DNA of 64,000 bases. Origin: an uncultured Bacteroidales bacterium. GTDB taxonomy: Bacteria; Bacteroidota; Bacteroidia; Bacteroidales; Marinilabiliaceae. The position numbers and the translations under genes are program-made. The DNA is taken from contig CALAUL010000016.1 in the NCBI GenBank assembly GCA_937892255.1, forward strand, positions 6,419 to 70,418. Reading direction: 5' to 3'. The notes under the pieces are model-generated. The model saw nothing but the letters and a program-made list of their open reading frames with translations, had not been told where the DNA came from and did no database searches. This document shows, one piece after another, positions 39,619 through 48,735 of this stretch (position 1 is its first letter; every line of letters begins with the position of its first letter).

Positions 39619-41241
39619 ATGAGCAAGCGAATACTATCGACGTTTATATTGACAATTTCACTGATTTTGCTGTCGATATCCCCTATTGTTGCACAAAATC
39701 AGCGAGTGATGGTCAAGATAGACAGAGCCGACTACTTGCGTCATGATGACAAGATAGGAAAAAATACACAGTCGTTGAATGGAAATGTTGTATTGTCACA
39801 TCATAATACTGTCCTCCATTGTGATAGTGCGTATATGTACAACGATTCCAATGTCGTAGTGGCATACGGGAATATACATGTCATACAAAACGACTCTATA
39901 CATCTGTATGGCGATAGACTTACCTACTACGGAGACAGACAATTTGCCAAGATAAGGGAAAATGTAAGGGCCAACAAAGGCGAGACATGGCTTTATACAG
40001 AGTTTTTGGATTTTGACCAAGTTGAAAACATAGCATTCTTTTACGATGGAGGAAAAGTCGTAAATGGTTCAAATACATTGACGTCGCAGAGAGGATTGTA
40101 CTACCCTAATACCAACGACGTATATTTCAAAGATGACGTAATCGGCATATCGCGTCAAGCAACAATGTATAGCGACACAATGCGATTTAACACGCAGACA
40201 GAGGTGTCTACCATATTAGGACCGACAACAATAATCAATCAAGACTCGTCAATCATCAATAGCGAAAACGGATGGTATGATACGAAAAAAGACGTCGCAA
40301 AGCTCTTGCTTAACAACAAGATAACGACAAAGAACTACACGCTAACGGGAGAGACAATCCTTTATGAAAAATACAAAGGAGTTGGAACAGTGTGGAATAA
40401 TATGGTCTTGACCGACACGGTGGACAATATGTCGTTGTGTGGAGATTATGGATTTTATAACGAATTGACAGATGAAGCATTAGCTACACGTCGGGCAACA
40501 GGAATACAAGTATACAATGGAGATACATTGCATATTCACGCCGACACATTGCGAGTAGAGCCCCTTCCGGCAGATACAAGTCGATTGATAAAAGCGTATT
40601 ATCAGGTGAAATTCTATCGTCATGACATTCAAGGACGTTGTGATTCGCTCGTCTTTGATTTCAGAGACTCTATAGCCACGATGTACAATTCGCCAATAGT
40701 CTGGGCTATGGGAAATCAGCTCTCGGGAAATGTAATAAAGCTCTATTCTCGAAATCAAGTGCTTTATAAAACCGAACTCATAGATGCAGCCTTTGCTATA
40801 TCACCGGAACAAGTTCCTGCCGCAAAAGGAGACTCGTTGATGACTATCGGATACAATCAAATTAAAGGAAAACTTATGACGGGACATATCCGTAACAACG
40901 ACCTGTACAAAATTGATGTTGACGGAAACGGTCAGACGATATATTATCCTAAAGATGATCAGACTCTCATTGGTATCAACCGAGCAGAAAGCAGCGATAT
41001 GACAATATGGCTCAAAGAACGTAAGATAACAAACATTACAATGCGAGTTTCTCCATCGGGAAACATGAACCCGCCACTTTTACTTGGAGAAGAAGACAGG
41101 AAACTCTCAGGATTTAGGTGGCTCGACGATTATCGTCCTAAACGATGGGAAGATATATACAAACAGTTGGATATCCCGGAAGAACTCAATGTGCAAGAAG
41201 AAGTCTATGAGGGATATACTTTCGACGAATTGGGAGAATAG
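39619..41241 (+). CDS. OstA-like (LptD N-terminal-like) periplasmic protein
   Basis: Signal peptide (..SPIVAQ) and repeated beta-jellyroll-like segments (LNGNVVLSHHNTVLHCDSAYMY, GNIHVIQNDSIHLYGDRLTYY). The ATG at 39619 is preferred over the listed GTG at 39616. Confidence 0.6.
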   Translation: MSKRILSTFILTISLILLSISPIVAQNQRVMVKIDRADYLRHDDKIGKNTQSLNGNVVLSHHNTVLHCDSAYMYNDSNVVVAYGNIHVIQNDSIHLYGDRLTYYGDRQFAKIRENVRANKGETWLYTEFLDFDQVENIAFFYDGGKVVNGSNTLTSQRGLYYPNTNDVYFKDDVIGISRQATMYSDTMRFNTQTEVSTILGPTTIINQDSSIINSENGWYDTKKDVAKLLLNNKITTKNYTLTGETILYEKYKGVGTVWNNMVLTDTVDNMSLCGDYGFYNELTDEALATRRATGIQVYNGDTLHIHADTLRVEPLPADTSRLIKAYYQVKFYRHDIQGRCDSLVFDFRDSIATMYNSPIVWAMGNQLSGNVIKLYSRNQVLYKTELIDAAFAISPEQVPAAKGDSLMTIGYNQIKGKLMTGHIRNNDLYKIDVDGNGQTIYYPKDDQTLIGINRAESSDMTIWLKERKITNITMRVSPSGNMNPPLLLGEEDRKLSGFRWLDDYRPKRWEDIYKQLDIPEELNVQEEVYEGYTFDELGE

Positions 41242-41284
41242 CCCGCAACAATGAATATAGAAAACAATAATTTTAATATATAAC

Positions 41285-42637
41285 ATGGAATTACAGACGC
41301 TTACAGCAATTTCGCCTATCGATGGCCGTTACAGAAACAAAGTTGATGAACTTGGAAATTACTTCTCGGAGTACGCACTAATAAAGTATCGTGTTCGTGT
41401 GGAAATAGAGTATTTCATAGCACTGTGCGAAGTGCCTCTGCCACAACTCTCTCAGGTTGACAAGAAAATATATACAGACCTACGCGCTATATATCAGAAC
41501 CTTGATTATGCAGCAGCTCAGCGCATAAAAGACATTGAATCTGTTACCAACCATGACGTGAAGGCTGTAGAGTATTTTATTAAAGAGGAATTTGACAAAC
41601 TTGGACTTCAACAGTATAAGGAATTTATCCATTTTGGACTGACATCGCAGGACATCAACAATACCTCTATTCCATTGAGCATGAAGGAAGCTATCAATGA
41701 CGTGTATGTGCCTGAAATGGTAGCCCTTATAGCAGAGTTGGAACGTTTGGCTACAGAGTGGAAAGACATCTCGATGTTAGCAAAAACTCATGGACAACCG
41801 GCTTCTCCAACACGTTTGGGAAAGGAGATTATGGTGTTTGTGAGTCGTCTTAAGGTGCAGATGCAACAACTTACATCACTCAATTTGCCAGCTAAATTCG
41901 GTGGTGCAACAGGAAATTTCAATGCCCACAACGTTGCATATCCAACCATAGATTGGACAGCATTCGGAAATAAGTTCGTCGCAGAATCTCTTGGTCTTGA
42001 GCGTGAACAATTTACAACACAAATATCAAATTACGATAATTTGTCGGCTGTCTTTGATGCTCTTAAACGTGTCAATGTTATCATGATAGACCTTTGTCGA
42101 GATTTCTGGATGTACATCATGATGGAGTACTTCAAGCAGAAGATTAAGAAAGGAGAAGTGGGTTCAAGTGCCATGCCTCATAAGGTCAACCCTATTGATT
42201 ATGAAAACGCAGAGGGAAACCTTGGTATTTCAAATGCAATCCTTGAGCATCTTTCTGCTAAACTTCCGGTATCGCGTTTGCAGCGAGACCTTACGGATTC
42301 TACGGTATTGCGTAATGTGGGTGTCCCTGTGGCTCATACTATTATCTCGGTGAAGTCGATAATGAAGGGTTTGTCGAAGTTGCTTCTTAATGAGGAAGCT
42401 ATAGCCCGTGACTTGGAGAATAATTGGGCTGTCGTAGCAGAGGGTATTCAGACGATACTTCGTCGTGAAGCATATCCAAATCCTTACGAGGCACTGAAAG
42501 AACTTACTCGTACAAATACGAAGATGAATGCGGAAACAATAGCCGCGTTCATTGAGACATTGAACGTGTCGGAGGACGTCAAGGCAGAACTTAGAGCTAT
42601 AACGCCAAGCAGTTACACTGGTATTTATAAGGCGTAA
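41285..42637 (+). CDS. purB: adenylosuccinate lyase
   Basis: SPIDGRY N-terminus and the fumarate-lyase signature GSSAMPHKVNP. Confidence 0.92.
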   Translation: MELQTLTAISPIDGRYRNKVDELGNYFSEYALIKYRVRVEIEYFIALCEVPLPQLSQVDKKIYTDLRAIYQNLDYAAAQRIKDIESVTNHDVKAVEYFIKEEFDKLGLQQYKEFIHFGLTSQDINNTSIPLSMKEAINDVYVPEMVALIAELERLATEWKDISMLAKTHGQPASPTRLGKEIMVFVSRLKVQMQQLTSLNLPAKFGGATGNFNAHNVAYPTIDWTAFGNKFVAESLGLEREQFTTQISNYDNLSAVFDALKRVNVIMIDLCRDFWMYIMMEYFKQKIKKGEVGSSAMPHKVNPIDYENAEGNLGISNAILEHLSAKLPVSRLQRDLTDSTVLRNVGVPVAHTIISVKSIMKGLSKLLLNEEAIARDLENNWAVVAEGIQTILRREAYPNPYEALKELTRTNTKMNAETIAAFIETLNVSEDVKAELRAITPSSYTGIYKA

Positions 42638-42733
42638 GGAACGAAATGGAACAGATGGCTTGAGACATAAAGAGCCATTTGCCCATTTTTGAATGATATA
42701 GAAAGCGTAAAAATAACTGGCAAACACAACCAA

Positions 42734-44557
42734 ATGAAGTATTTTTTTCAAGTAATAGGTAGGTATATCAATCCGTATTGGAGCAAAGTCGGACTTAGCT
42801 TCATGTTTAATATCTTGTCGGCAGTTTTTTCCGTGATGTCAATGGCATTGATGATACCGGTGCTTGAAATCATATTTGAGCAAAGCACAGAAGTCCATAC
42901 GTTACAGCCATGGGCGATGGACACCAAAGTGGTGATTAATAACTTCTATTACTATGTGACAGTGATAAAAGGTATGTATGGAGCCGGTGCTTCGCTACTC
43001 TTTGCCGGTTTGTTTATGATTGTCGGAACAATCTTCAAGTGCGGTTCGGCATATATGGCATCGTATACAAGTATCAGTCTGCGTAATAATATCGTGCGTG
43101 ACATTCGCAAACAGATTTTTGCAAAGATAGTGTCGTTGCCTATTGGCTTTTTTAGCAACGAACGCAAAGGCGATATTTTGCAACGTGCTACGGGAGATGT
43201 ATCGGAGGTAGAAGGTTCAGTGATGTCTTCAATAGATATGTTTCTCAAAAATCCGGTACTCATTATCGTTTATCTTGTATCGATGGTGGTGATGAGTCCG
43301 CAACTTACTTTGTTCGCTTTAGTCTTGTTGCCCATTGCCGGTACGATAATAGGACGAATAGGAAAAAGCCTGAAACGTCAGAGTCGTGAGGGCCAGGATA
43401 AAATGGGAGAATTGCTCGGTACGTTGGAAGAGACACTATCCGGACTACGAGTTGTCAAAGCCTTCAATGCCGAGAAGAGAATAAACAACCATTACGCCAC
43501 ACAAGCACAGCAATACTGCAACATAGCAAAAAGACTTTCACGTCGTAGGGATTTGGCACATCCTGTGAGCGAAGTACTTGGCACGATAGTGATGATAATC
43601 GTCGTATGGTTCGGAGGATCGCTTATACTTAGTGGCAGTGGATCGTTGTCGGTGGCGGGATTTTTGGCATATCTCGGCATCTTCTATCAGATAATCAACC
43701 CGGCAAAAGCATTCTCTACAGCTCTGTACTCTATCCAAAAAGGCATGGCGGCAATGGAACGCATTGATAAGATTTTGTTGGCTGATGATAAAATATTCGA
43801 AAATGCAGATGGAGAAGAGATTAAAAGCCTTAAAAGTGGCATAGAATATAAGAACGTAACGTTCTCCTACAATGGCGAAATCAATGTTCTTAAAGACGTT
43901 TCATTGAGCGTGCCAAAGGGGAAAATGGTTGCTCTTGTTGGACAGAGCGGTTCAGGTAAATCGACATTTGTGGATTTGTTGCCTCGCTTCTGGGATATAA
44001 AAGAAGGAAGCATTCAGATAGATGGAAAAGACATAAAAGAATACAGACTTCACGACTTGCGCGGACTTATGGGCAATGTCAATCAGGAGGCACTCTTATT
44101 TAACGATACCATTTTTAACAACATCGCCTTTGGTGTAGAGTCGGCCACTCAGGAAGAGGTGGAACAGGCAGCAAAAGTTGCCAATGCCCATGATTTCATT
44201 ATGGCTTCGGAAAATGGCTATATGACAATCATAGGAGACCGAGGCGGAAAACTTTCCGGAGGGCAACGTCAGAGACTAAGTATAGCAAGAGCAGTATTGC
44301 GCAATCCTGATATACTTATACTTGACGAGGCAACGTCAGCACTTGATACCGAGAGTGAACGTCTTGTGCAGGATGCTCTCGAGCGACTCATGGCAAATCG
44401 TACATCGCTCGTCATTGCACACCGTTTGAGTACCATAAAGAATGCGGACTTGATTTGCGTCTTCCATGAAGGTCGAATCGTGGAAACGGGCACACATGAA
44501 GAGTTGATAGCCAAAGATGGATATTACAAGAAGTTGAATGATATGCAACAATTATAA
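42734..44557 (+). CDS. ABC transporter, fused permease/ATPase, MsbA-like exporter
   Basis: Six-TM domain, Walker A GQSGSGKST, signature LSGGQRQR and Walker B ILILDEATSALD. The ATG at 42734 is preferred over the listed TTG at 42689. Confidence 0.88.
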   Translation: MKYFFQVIGRYINPYWSKVGLSFMFNILSAVFSVMSMALMIPVLEIIFEQSTEVHTLQPWAMDTKVVINNFYYYVTVIKGMYGAGASLLFAGLFMIVGTIFKCGSAYMASYTSISLRNNIVRDIRKQIFAKIVSLPIGFFSNERKGDILQRATGDVSEVEGSVMSSIDMFLKNPVLIIVYLVSMVVMSPQLTLFALVLLPIAGTIIGRIGKSLKRQSREGQDKMGELLGTLEETLSGLRVVKAFNAEKRINNHYATQAQQYCNIAKRLSRRRDLAHPVSEVLGTIVMIIVVWFGGSLILSGSGSLSVAGFLAYLGIFYQIINPAKAFSTALYSIQKGMAAMERIDKILLADDKIFENADGEEIKSLKSGIEYKNVTFSYNGEINVLKDVSLSVPKGKMVALVGQSGSGKSTFVDLLPRFWDIKEGSIQIDGKDIKEYRLHDLRGLMGNVNQEALLFNDTIFNNIAFGVESATQEEVEQAAKVANAHDFIMASENGYMTIIGDRGGKLSGGQRQRLSIARAVLRNPDILILDEATSALDTESERLVQDALERLMANRTSLVIAHRLSTIKNADLICVFHEGRIVETGTHEELIAKDGYYKKLNDMQQL

Positions 44558-44636
44558 TCGAAAGTTCATCCAATTTACATGCTTCTAAAACAGATTATTG
44601 TTTGTAAAAAAGAGTTGTCAAAACAAAAAATGTTAT

Positions 44637-44644
44637 TAACTTTG
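44637..44644 (+). promoter_or_regulatory. candidate -7 promoter element TAACTTTG with TTG at 44615-44617 (19-nt spacer)
   Basis: Exact TAnnTTTG, 24 nt upstream of the 44668 start. Confidence 0.4.
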
Positions 44645-44667
44645 CCGGGAACTAAAAGAAACTTAAT

Positions 44668-45126
44668 ATGAAACGTTTATATGCATTGATTATTTCGTTT
44701 TTCCTTTTGGGAAACGTGATGGGGCAAACAGATGAGTTCTCGGAGGTTTTCAAAAAGATGATTGAGTGCTCGGGAATGTCGACGCAGCTTGATAATGCCA
44801 TTAATCAAATAGCACCGATGATGGCACAAACAGATCCAAATTCCAATGTGTCGGAAGAAGATTTCAAAGCGGTTATGGAAGTGCTTGTCGAGTGGATAAA
44901 CGATGATTTGTTGCCGGTTATGGAGACTCTCTATAGAAGACATTTCACTGTGGAAGAGATGAAGCAAGTGATTGTCTTTTATGAATCGGAGATAGGACGT
45001 AAATTTGTAGCAAAGCAAGCCACATTGGCGGTGGATATGATGTACCTGATGCAGGATAATAAACTTCAGGAATCGTTAGAAAAACGTTTACAAAATCATT
45101 TGGGAGTAAACTTGGAGCAACAATAA
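44668..45126 (+). CDS. secreted DUF2059-like protein
   Basis: Signal peptide. FTVEEMKQVIVFYESEIGRKFVAKQ resembles the DUF2059 core. Confidence 0.5.
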   Translation: MKRLYALIISFFLLGNVMGQTDEFSEVFKKMIECSGMSTQLDNAINQIAPMMAQTDPNSNVSEEDFKAVMEVLVEWINDDLLPVMETLYRRHFTVEEMKQVIVFYESEIGRKFVAKQATLAVDMMYLMQDNKLQESLEKRLQNHLGVNLEQQ

Positions 45127-45204
45127 ACTTCGTGTAACCTTTTTATGGTAGTTTGAGTACATAGAAAGGTGAGTATATAGATAAACAACTAAACAAATAC
45201 AGAG

Positions 45205-45567
45205 ATGAATACCATGATTCCAGGGTCGGACAGAACACCGACAATTTCGTTCAGCGATGGCGTATTCTCAATAACCGGACGGTCGTATATGGAGAATTCG
45301 GCGGAGTTTTATGCTCCGATAAAAAAACTGCTCGAAAATCACCAAGGGATGTTGCATGTTGAAATCGGATTGGATTTCTTCAACACGAGTAGCTCTAAAT
45401 GTTTGATGGATTTACTTTTTATTGTAGATAAGAAATACGTTGCAGGTAATGACTGTAAGATAAAATGGTCGTACAAAATTGATGATGAGGATATGCGCGA
45501 TGCTGCGGAAGAATTCCGTGATTTGTTAAAGCATGTCCCTATGGAGTTTGAAGAGATTGACGATTAG
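45205..45567 (+). CDS. DUF1987 (SiaC-like) protein, copy 1
   Basis: TPTISFSDGVFSITGRSYMENSAEFY and LDFFNTSSSKCLMDLL are typical DUF1987 motifs. Confidence 0.65.
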   Translation: MNTMIPGSDRTPTISFSDGVFSITGRSYMENSAEFYAPIKKLLENHQGMLHVEIGLDFFNTSSSKCLMDLLFIVDKKYVAGNDCKIKWSYKIDDEDMRDAAEEFRDLLKHVPMEFEEIDD

Positions 45568-45574
45568 ACCTTTT

Positions 45575-45949
45575 ATGATAGTATTGGCAGAAAAGACCGA
45601 CCGAAGCCCGAGGATAACTTATCACGCTAATAGATTAGAGATATTAGGGCGTTCGTACATGAATAACTCTGTTGATTTCTATAAAGACATCATTGCAAAG
45701 TTAGAGGCATTGGTAAGTAAGAGCATTGATGTCCGTATAGCACTTGACTACTTTAATACAAGTAGTTCGAAATGTCTATTGGAACTATTTAAAATGTTGG
45801 AAACCAAAAGTACATTCGGAACAAAGGTGAATATCAGGTGGGAATATTCGCCAAAGTATTATGACATGCTTGAGGCAGGAGAGGATTATCGTGATATCCT
45901 TGAGGGAGTAAACTTCGAAATAGTAGAGATATCGGAATATAACGTGTAG
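45575..45949 (+). CDS. DUF1987 (SiaC-like) protein, copy 2
   Basis: SPRITYHANRLEILGRSYMNNSVDFY and LDYFNTSSSKCLLELF. A paralogue of the preceding gene. The ATG at 45575 lies 8 nt after the copy 1 stop. Confidence 0.65.
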   Translation: MIVLAEKTDRSPRITYHANRLEILGRSYMNNSVDFYKDIIAKLEALVSKSIDVRIALDYFNTSSSKCLLELFKMLETKSTFGTKVNIRWEYSPKYYDMLEAGEDYRDILEGVNFEIVEISEYNV

Positions 45950-46139
45950 CTTCAAGCTGAACTATAGGTTCAAGAATTGTTTCGATTAGGCTGTGGCAAC
46001 TCTATGAGATACAGAATTCGGTGAAACAGAAGTTTTTTGAAATTCTATATAATGCAAGATAGATTTATTTGATAGCGATAGCAAGAATCTTATGAGACAC
46101 AAAAGGATATAAATCTTTGGCTTGCGAGATAAAAAGTGT

Positions 46140-46147
46140 TAGCTTTG
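46140..46147 (+). promoter_or_regulatory. candidate -7 promoter element TAGCTTTG with -33 TTTG at 46116-46119 (20-nt spacer)
   Basis: Both halves of the Bacteroides consensus are present, 59 nt upstream of the miaB start. Confidence 0.45.
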
Positions 46148-46205
46148 TTGCGGTTTGTAAAGCCGGAATGTTCAAAGGAACAAAAGTCAAAATATTGATT
46201 ACCGA

Positions 46206-47549
46206 ATGAGAAATAAGCTATTATTTATAGAGACATACGGTTGCCAAATGAATGTGGCCGACAGTGAGGTCATTGCAGCGGTGATGAAGACAGCCGGATA
46301 TGACGTCACAGAAGATATAACAAAAGCAGATGCAATATTTATCAACACTTGTTCTATTCGTGATAATGCGGAGCAACGAGTTAGCGGACGTTTGAAAAAC
46401 GACATTTGTGCACAAAAGCGAGATAGAAAGGTCGTTATCGGAGTCGTGGGCTGTATGGCAGAGAGAGCAAAGGAGATGCTCTTTGAAGCTGGTGCAGATA
46501 TTGTGGCAGGACCGGACGCATATCTCGATTTGCCAAGTTTGGTAGCTCAAGCAGAGATGGGTCATAAGGCAATAAATGTTGAATTGTCAACGACAGAAAC
46601 GTATTCCGGAGTTATACCTTATAGATTAGGACATAATACTGTGAGTGGCTTTGTGAGTATTATGCGAGGGTGCAACAACTTTTGTTCGTATTGCATAGTG
46701 CCATATACAAGAGGAAGAGAGCGAAGTCGAGATGTAGAAAGCATCTTGAGAGAGATAAGAGATTTGCAACAAAGAGGATATAAGGAAGTGACGTTGTTGG
46801 GACAGAATGTCAACTCGTATAGCTATGAGAAAGAAGGTCAGGTTTTGACTTTTGCACAGCTTTTGGGGAGAGTAGCAGAGTCATTCCCGACCATGCGAGT
46901 GCGTTTTACAACATCGCACCCGAAAGATATGAATGACGAAACGTTGAAAACGATAGCACAATATGATAATATCTGCAACCATATACATCTGCCATTGCAG
47001 TCTGGCAGCAGTCGTATATTAGAGCTGATGAATCGTAAATATACGCGCGAATGGTACATGGAACGTATAGAAGCCATAAGGAGAATAATCCCCGATTGTG
47101 GTATCTCGACCGATGTGTTTTGTGGGTTTCATTCGGAGACGGAAGACGATCACAAAGAGACGCTTTCTCTTATGGAATGGGCGGCTTTCGATTCGGCATT
47201 TATGTTTCAATATTCGGAACGACCGGGAACTTTTGCACAACGACATTTGCCCGACAATGTTAAGCCGGAGGTGAAGGGAGAAAGATTAAAGGAGATCATA
47301 GACTTGCAAAACAGACTTTCAGCAGAGAGTAATACCCGTGATATCGGGAAAGAATTCGAAGTGTTGATAGAGTGCTATTCAAAGAAATCAAAGGCAGATC
47401 TAATGGGTAGAACGCCTCAGAATAAAGCCGTTGTTTTTCCCGCAGGAAGACATAAGATAGGCGATTTTGTACGTGTAGAGATAATTTCGGCAACGCAAGC
47501 GACTCTCATTGGAAGAGAGGTTGTTGCGTTAGCGGAAGATGAGGTATAA
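46206..47549 (+). CDS. miaB: tRNA (i6A37) methylthiotransferase
   Basis: N-terminal TYGCQMN, radical-SAM motif CNNFCSYC, and a C-terminal TRAM-like segment. Confidence 0.9.
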   Translation: MRNKLLFIETYGCQMNVADSEVIAAVMKTAGYDVTEDITKADAIFINTCSIRDNAEQRVSGRLKNDICAQKRDRKVVIGVVGCMAERAKEMLFEAGADIVAGPDAYLDLPSLVAQAEMGHKAINVELSTTETYSGVIPYRLGHNTVSGFVSIMRGCNNFCSYCIVPYTRGRERSRDVESILREIRDLQQRGYKEVTLLGQNVNSYSYEKEGQVLTFAQLLGRVAESFPTMRVRFTTSHPKDMNDETLKTIAQYDNICNHIHLPLQSGSSRILELMNRKYTREWYMERIEAIRRIIPDCGISTDVFCGFHSETEDDHKETLSLMEWAAFDSAFMFQYSERPGTFAQRHLPDNVKPEVKGERLKEIIDLQNRLSAESNTRDIGKEFEVLIECYSKKSKADLMGRTPQNKAVVFPAGRHKIGDFVRVEIISATQATLIGREVVALAEDEV

Positions 47550-47560
47550 GAAAAAGTGCG

Positions 47561-47568
47561 TATATTTG
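47561..47568 (+). promoter_or_regulatory. candidate -7 promoter element TATATTTG
   Basis: Exact TAnnTTTG just after the miaB stop and 13 nt before the ATG at 47581. This supports the shorter start for the acyltransferase. Confidence 0.3.
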
Positions 47569-47580
47569 CGACGGAATAAT

Positions 47581-48732
47581 ATGGACATGGAACAAACTCA
47601 CGATTTTGAACAGATACGACCTTTCACCGATGAGGAGGTCGCACCGGCGATAGAGCAGCTCTGTAGTCAGCCTTATTTCGTCGGAATATTGGGTTATATA
47701 TTCCCTGGAATGTCGGTTTCTGATGTTTTGGTACAGCTCAGAACGATCAAAACGATAGATGAATTCCAACAGAAGTTTATCCTTCCGTTTCTTGGGAACT
47801 TGATGAAGAATACAACGGAAGGCGTATCTGCAGATGGAGTAGACAAGCTTAACAAAAAGGGGGGATATCTTTTTGTGTCAAATCATCGTGATATTATTCT
47901 TGACTCAGCGCTTATAAACATAAAGCTTCATGAGAAAGGATTCGAAACAACAGAAATAGGCATCGGAGACAATTTGCTTATTTATGATTGGATAACAGAT
48001 CTTGTAAAGCTCAACAAGTCTTTTGTCGTAAAGCGAAATTTGCCTGTGCGTCAGATGATGGAAGCTTCGGAAACACTTTCGGCATTTATACGACAATCTA
48101 TTGTCAACGGTCGACAAAACATCTGGATTGCACAGCGAGAAGGCCGTTCTAAAGATGGAAACGACCAAACGCAAAATAGCGTCTTGAAGATGTTTAATCT
48201 TAGCGGAACAGGTGATATGGTGGAGAACTTCAAAGAGTTGAATATCGTTCCGGTGAGTATTTCGTATGAATTAGACCCTTGCGATTATCTGAAGGCGTAT
48301 CAGAGTCAGTTGAAGAGAGACGATGTCAACTACCAGAAGAGTCAGCGAGAAGATCTTGTGCATATGAATACCGGTCTAAATGGTCGCAAGGGTAGAGTGC
48401 ATTTGTCGTTCGGTACACCTATAACGACGGAACTCAATGAGTTGCGTAATTTGAACAGAAATGCATTTATAACGGCTGTTGCAGAGAAGATTGATATGCA
48501 AATACACAAGAATTATAAATTGTGGCCTGCTAATTACGTGGCTTACGATATTATGATGGGGACATCAGATTTTGCAAGTGAATATACCGAAAAAGAGAAA
48601 GCCGATTTTGTCGAGTATATCAACGAGCATATATCTCGATTAGATAATCCTGATGAACAATACATATTCGACTATATAATAAAGATGTATGCCAATCCTG
48701 TTGTGAATAAGTTAAAAGCACATGAGGCATAG
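47581..48732 (+). CDS. PlsC-domain acyltransferase (lysophospholipid/glycerol-phosphate acyltransferase family)
   Basis: VSNHRDIILDSAL acyltransferase block and AQREGRSKDG block. Confidence 0.6.
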   Translation: MDMEQTHDFEQIRPFTDEEVAPAIEQLCSQPYFVGILGYIFPGMSVSDVLVQLRTIKTIDEFQQKFILPFLGNLMKNTTEGVSADGVDKLNKKGGYLFVSNHRDIILDSALINIKLHEKGFETTEIGIGDNLLIYDWITDLVKLNKSFVVKRNLPVRQMMEASETLSAFIRQSIVNGRQNIWIAQREGRSKDGNDQTQNSVLKMFNLSGTGDMVENFKELNIVPVSISYELDPCDYLKAYQSQLKRDDVNYQKSQREDLVHMNTGLNGRKGRVHLSFGTPITTELNELRNLNRNAFITAVAEKIDMQIHKNYKLWPANYVAYDIMMGTSDFASEYTEKEKADFVEYINEHISRLDNPDEQYIFDYIIKMYANPVVNKLKAHEA

Positions 48733-48735
48733 ATT

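Noticed and set aside
45950-46205. Imperfect direct repeat tatgagatacagaa / tatgagacacaaaa and short palindromes in the miaB upstream region
   Set aside because: It has two mismatches in 14 nt and appears only once. It is compatible with chance or an ordinary operator, so there is not enough to call a feature.
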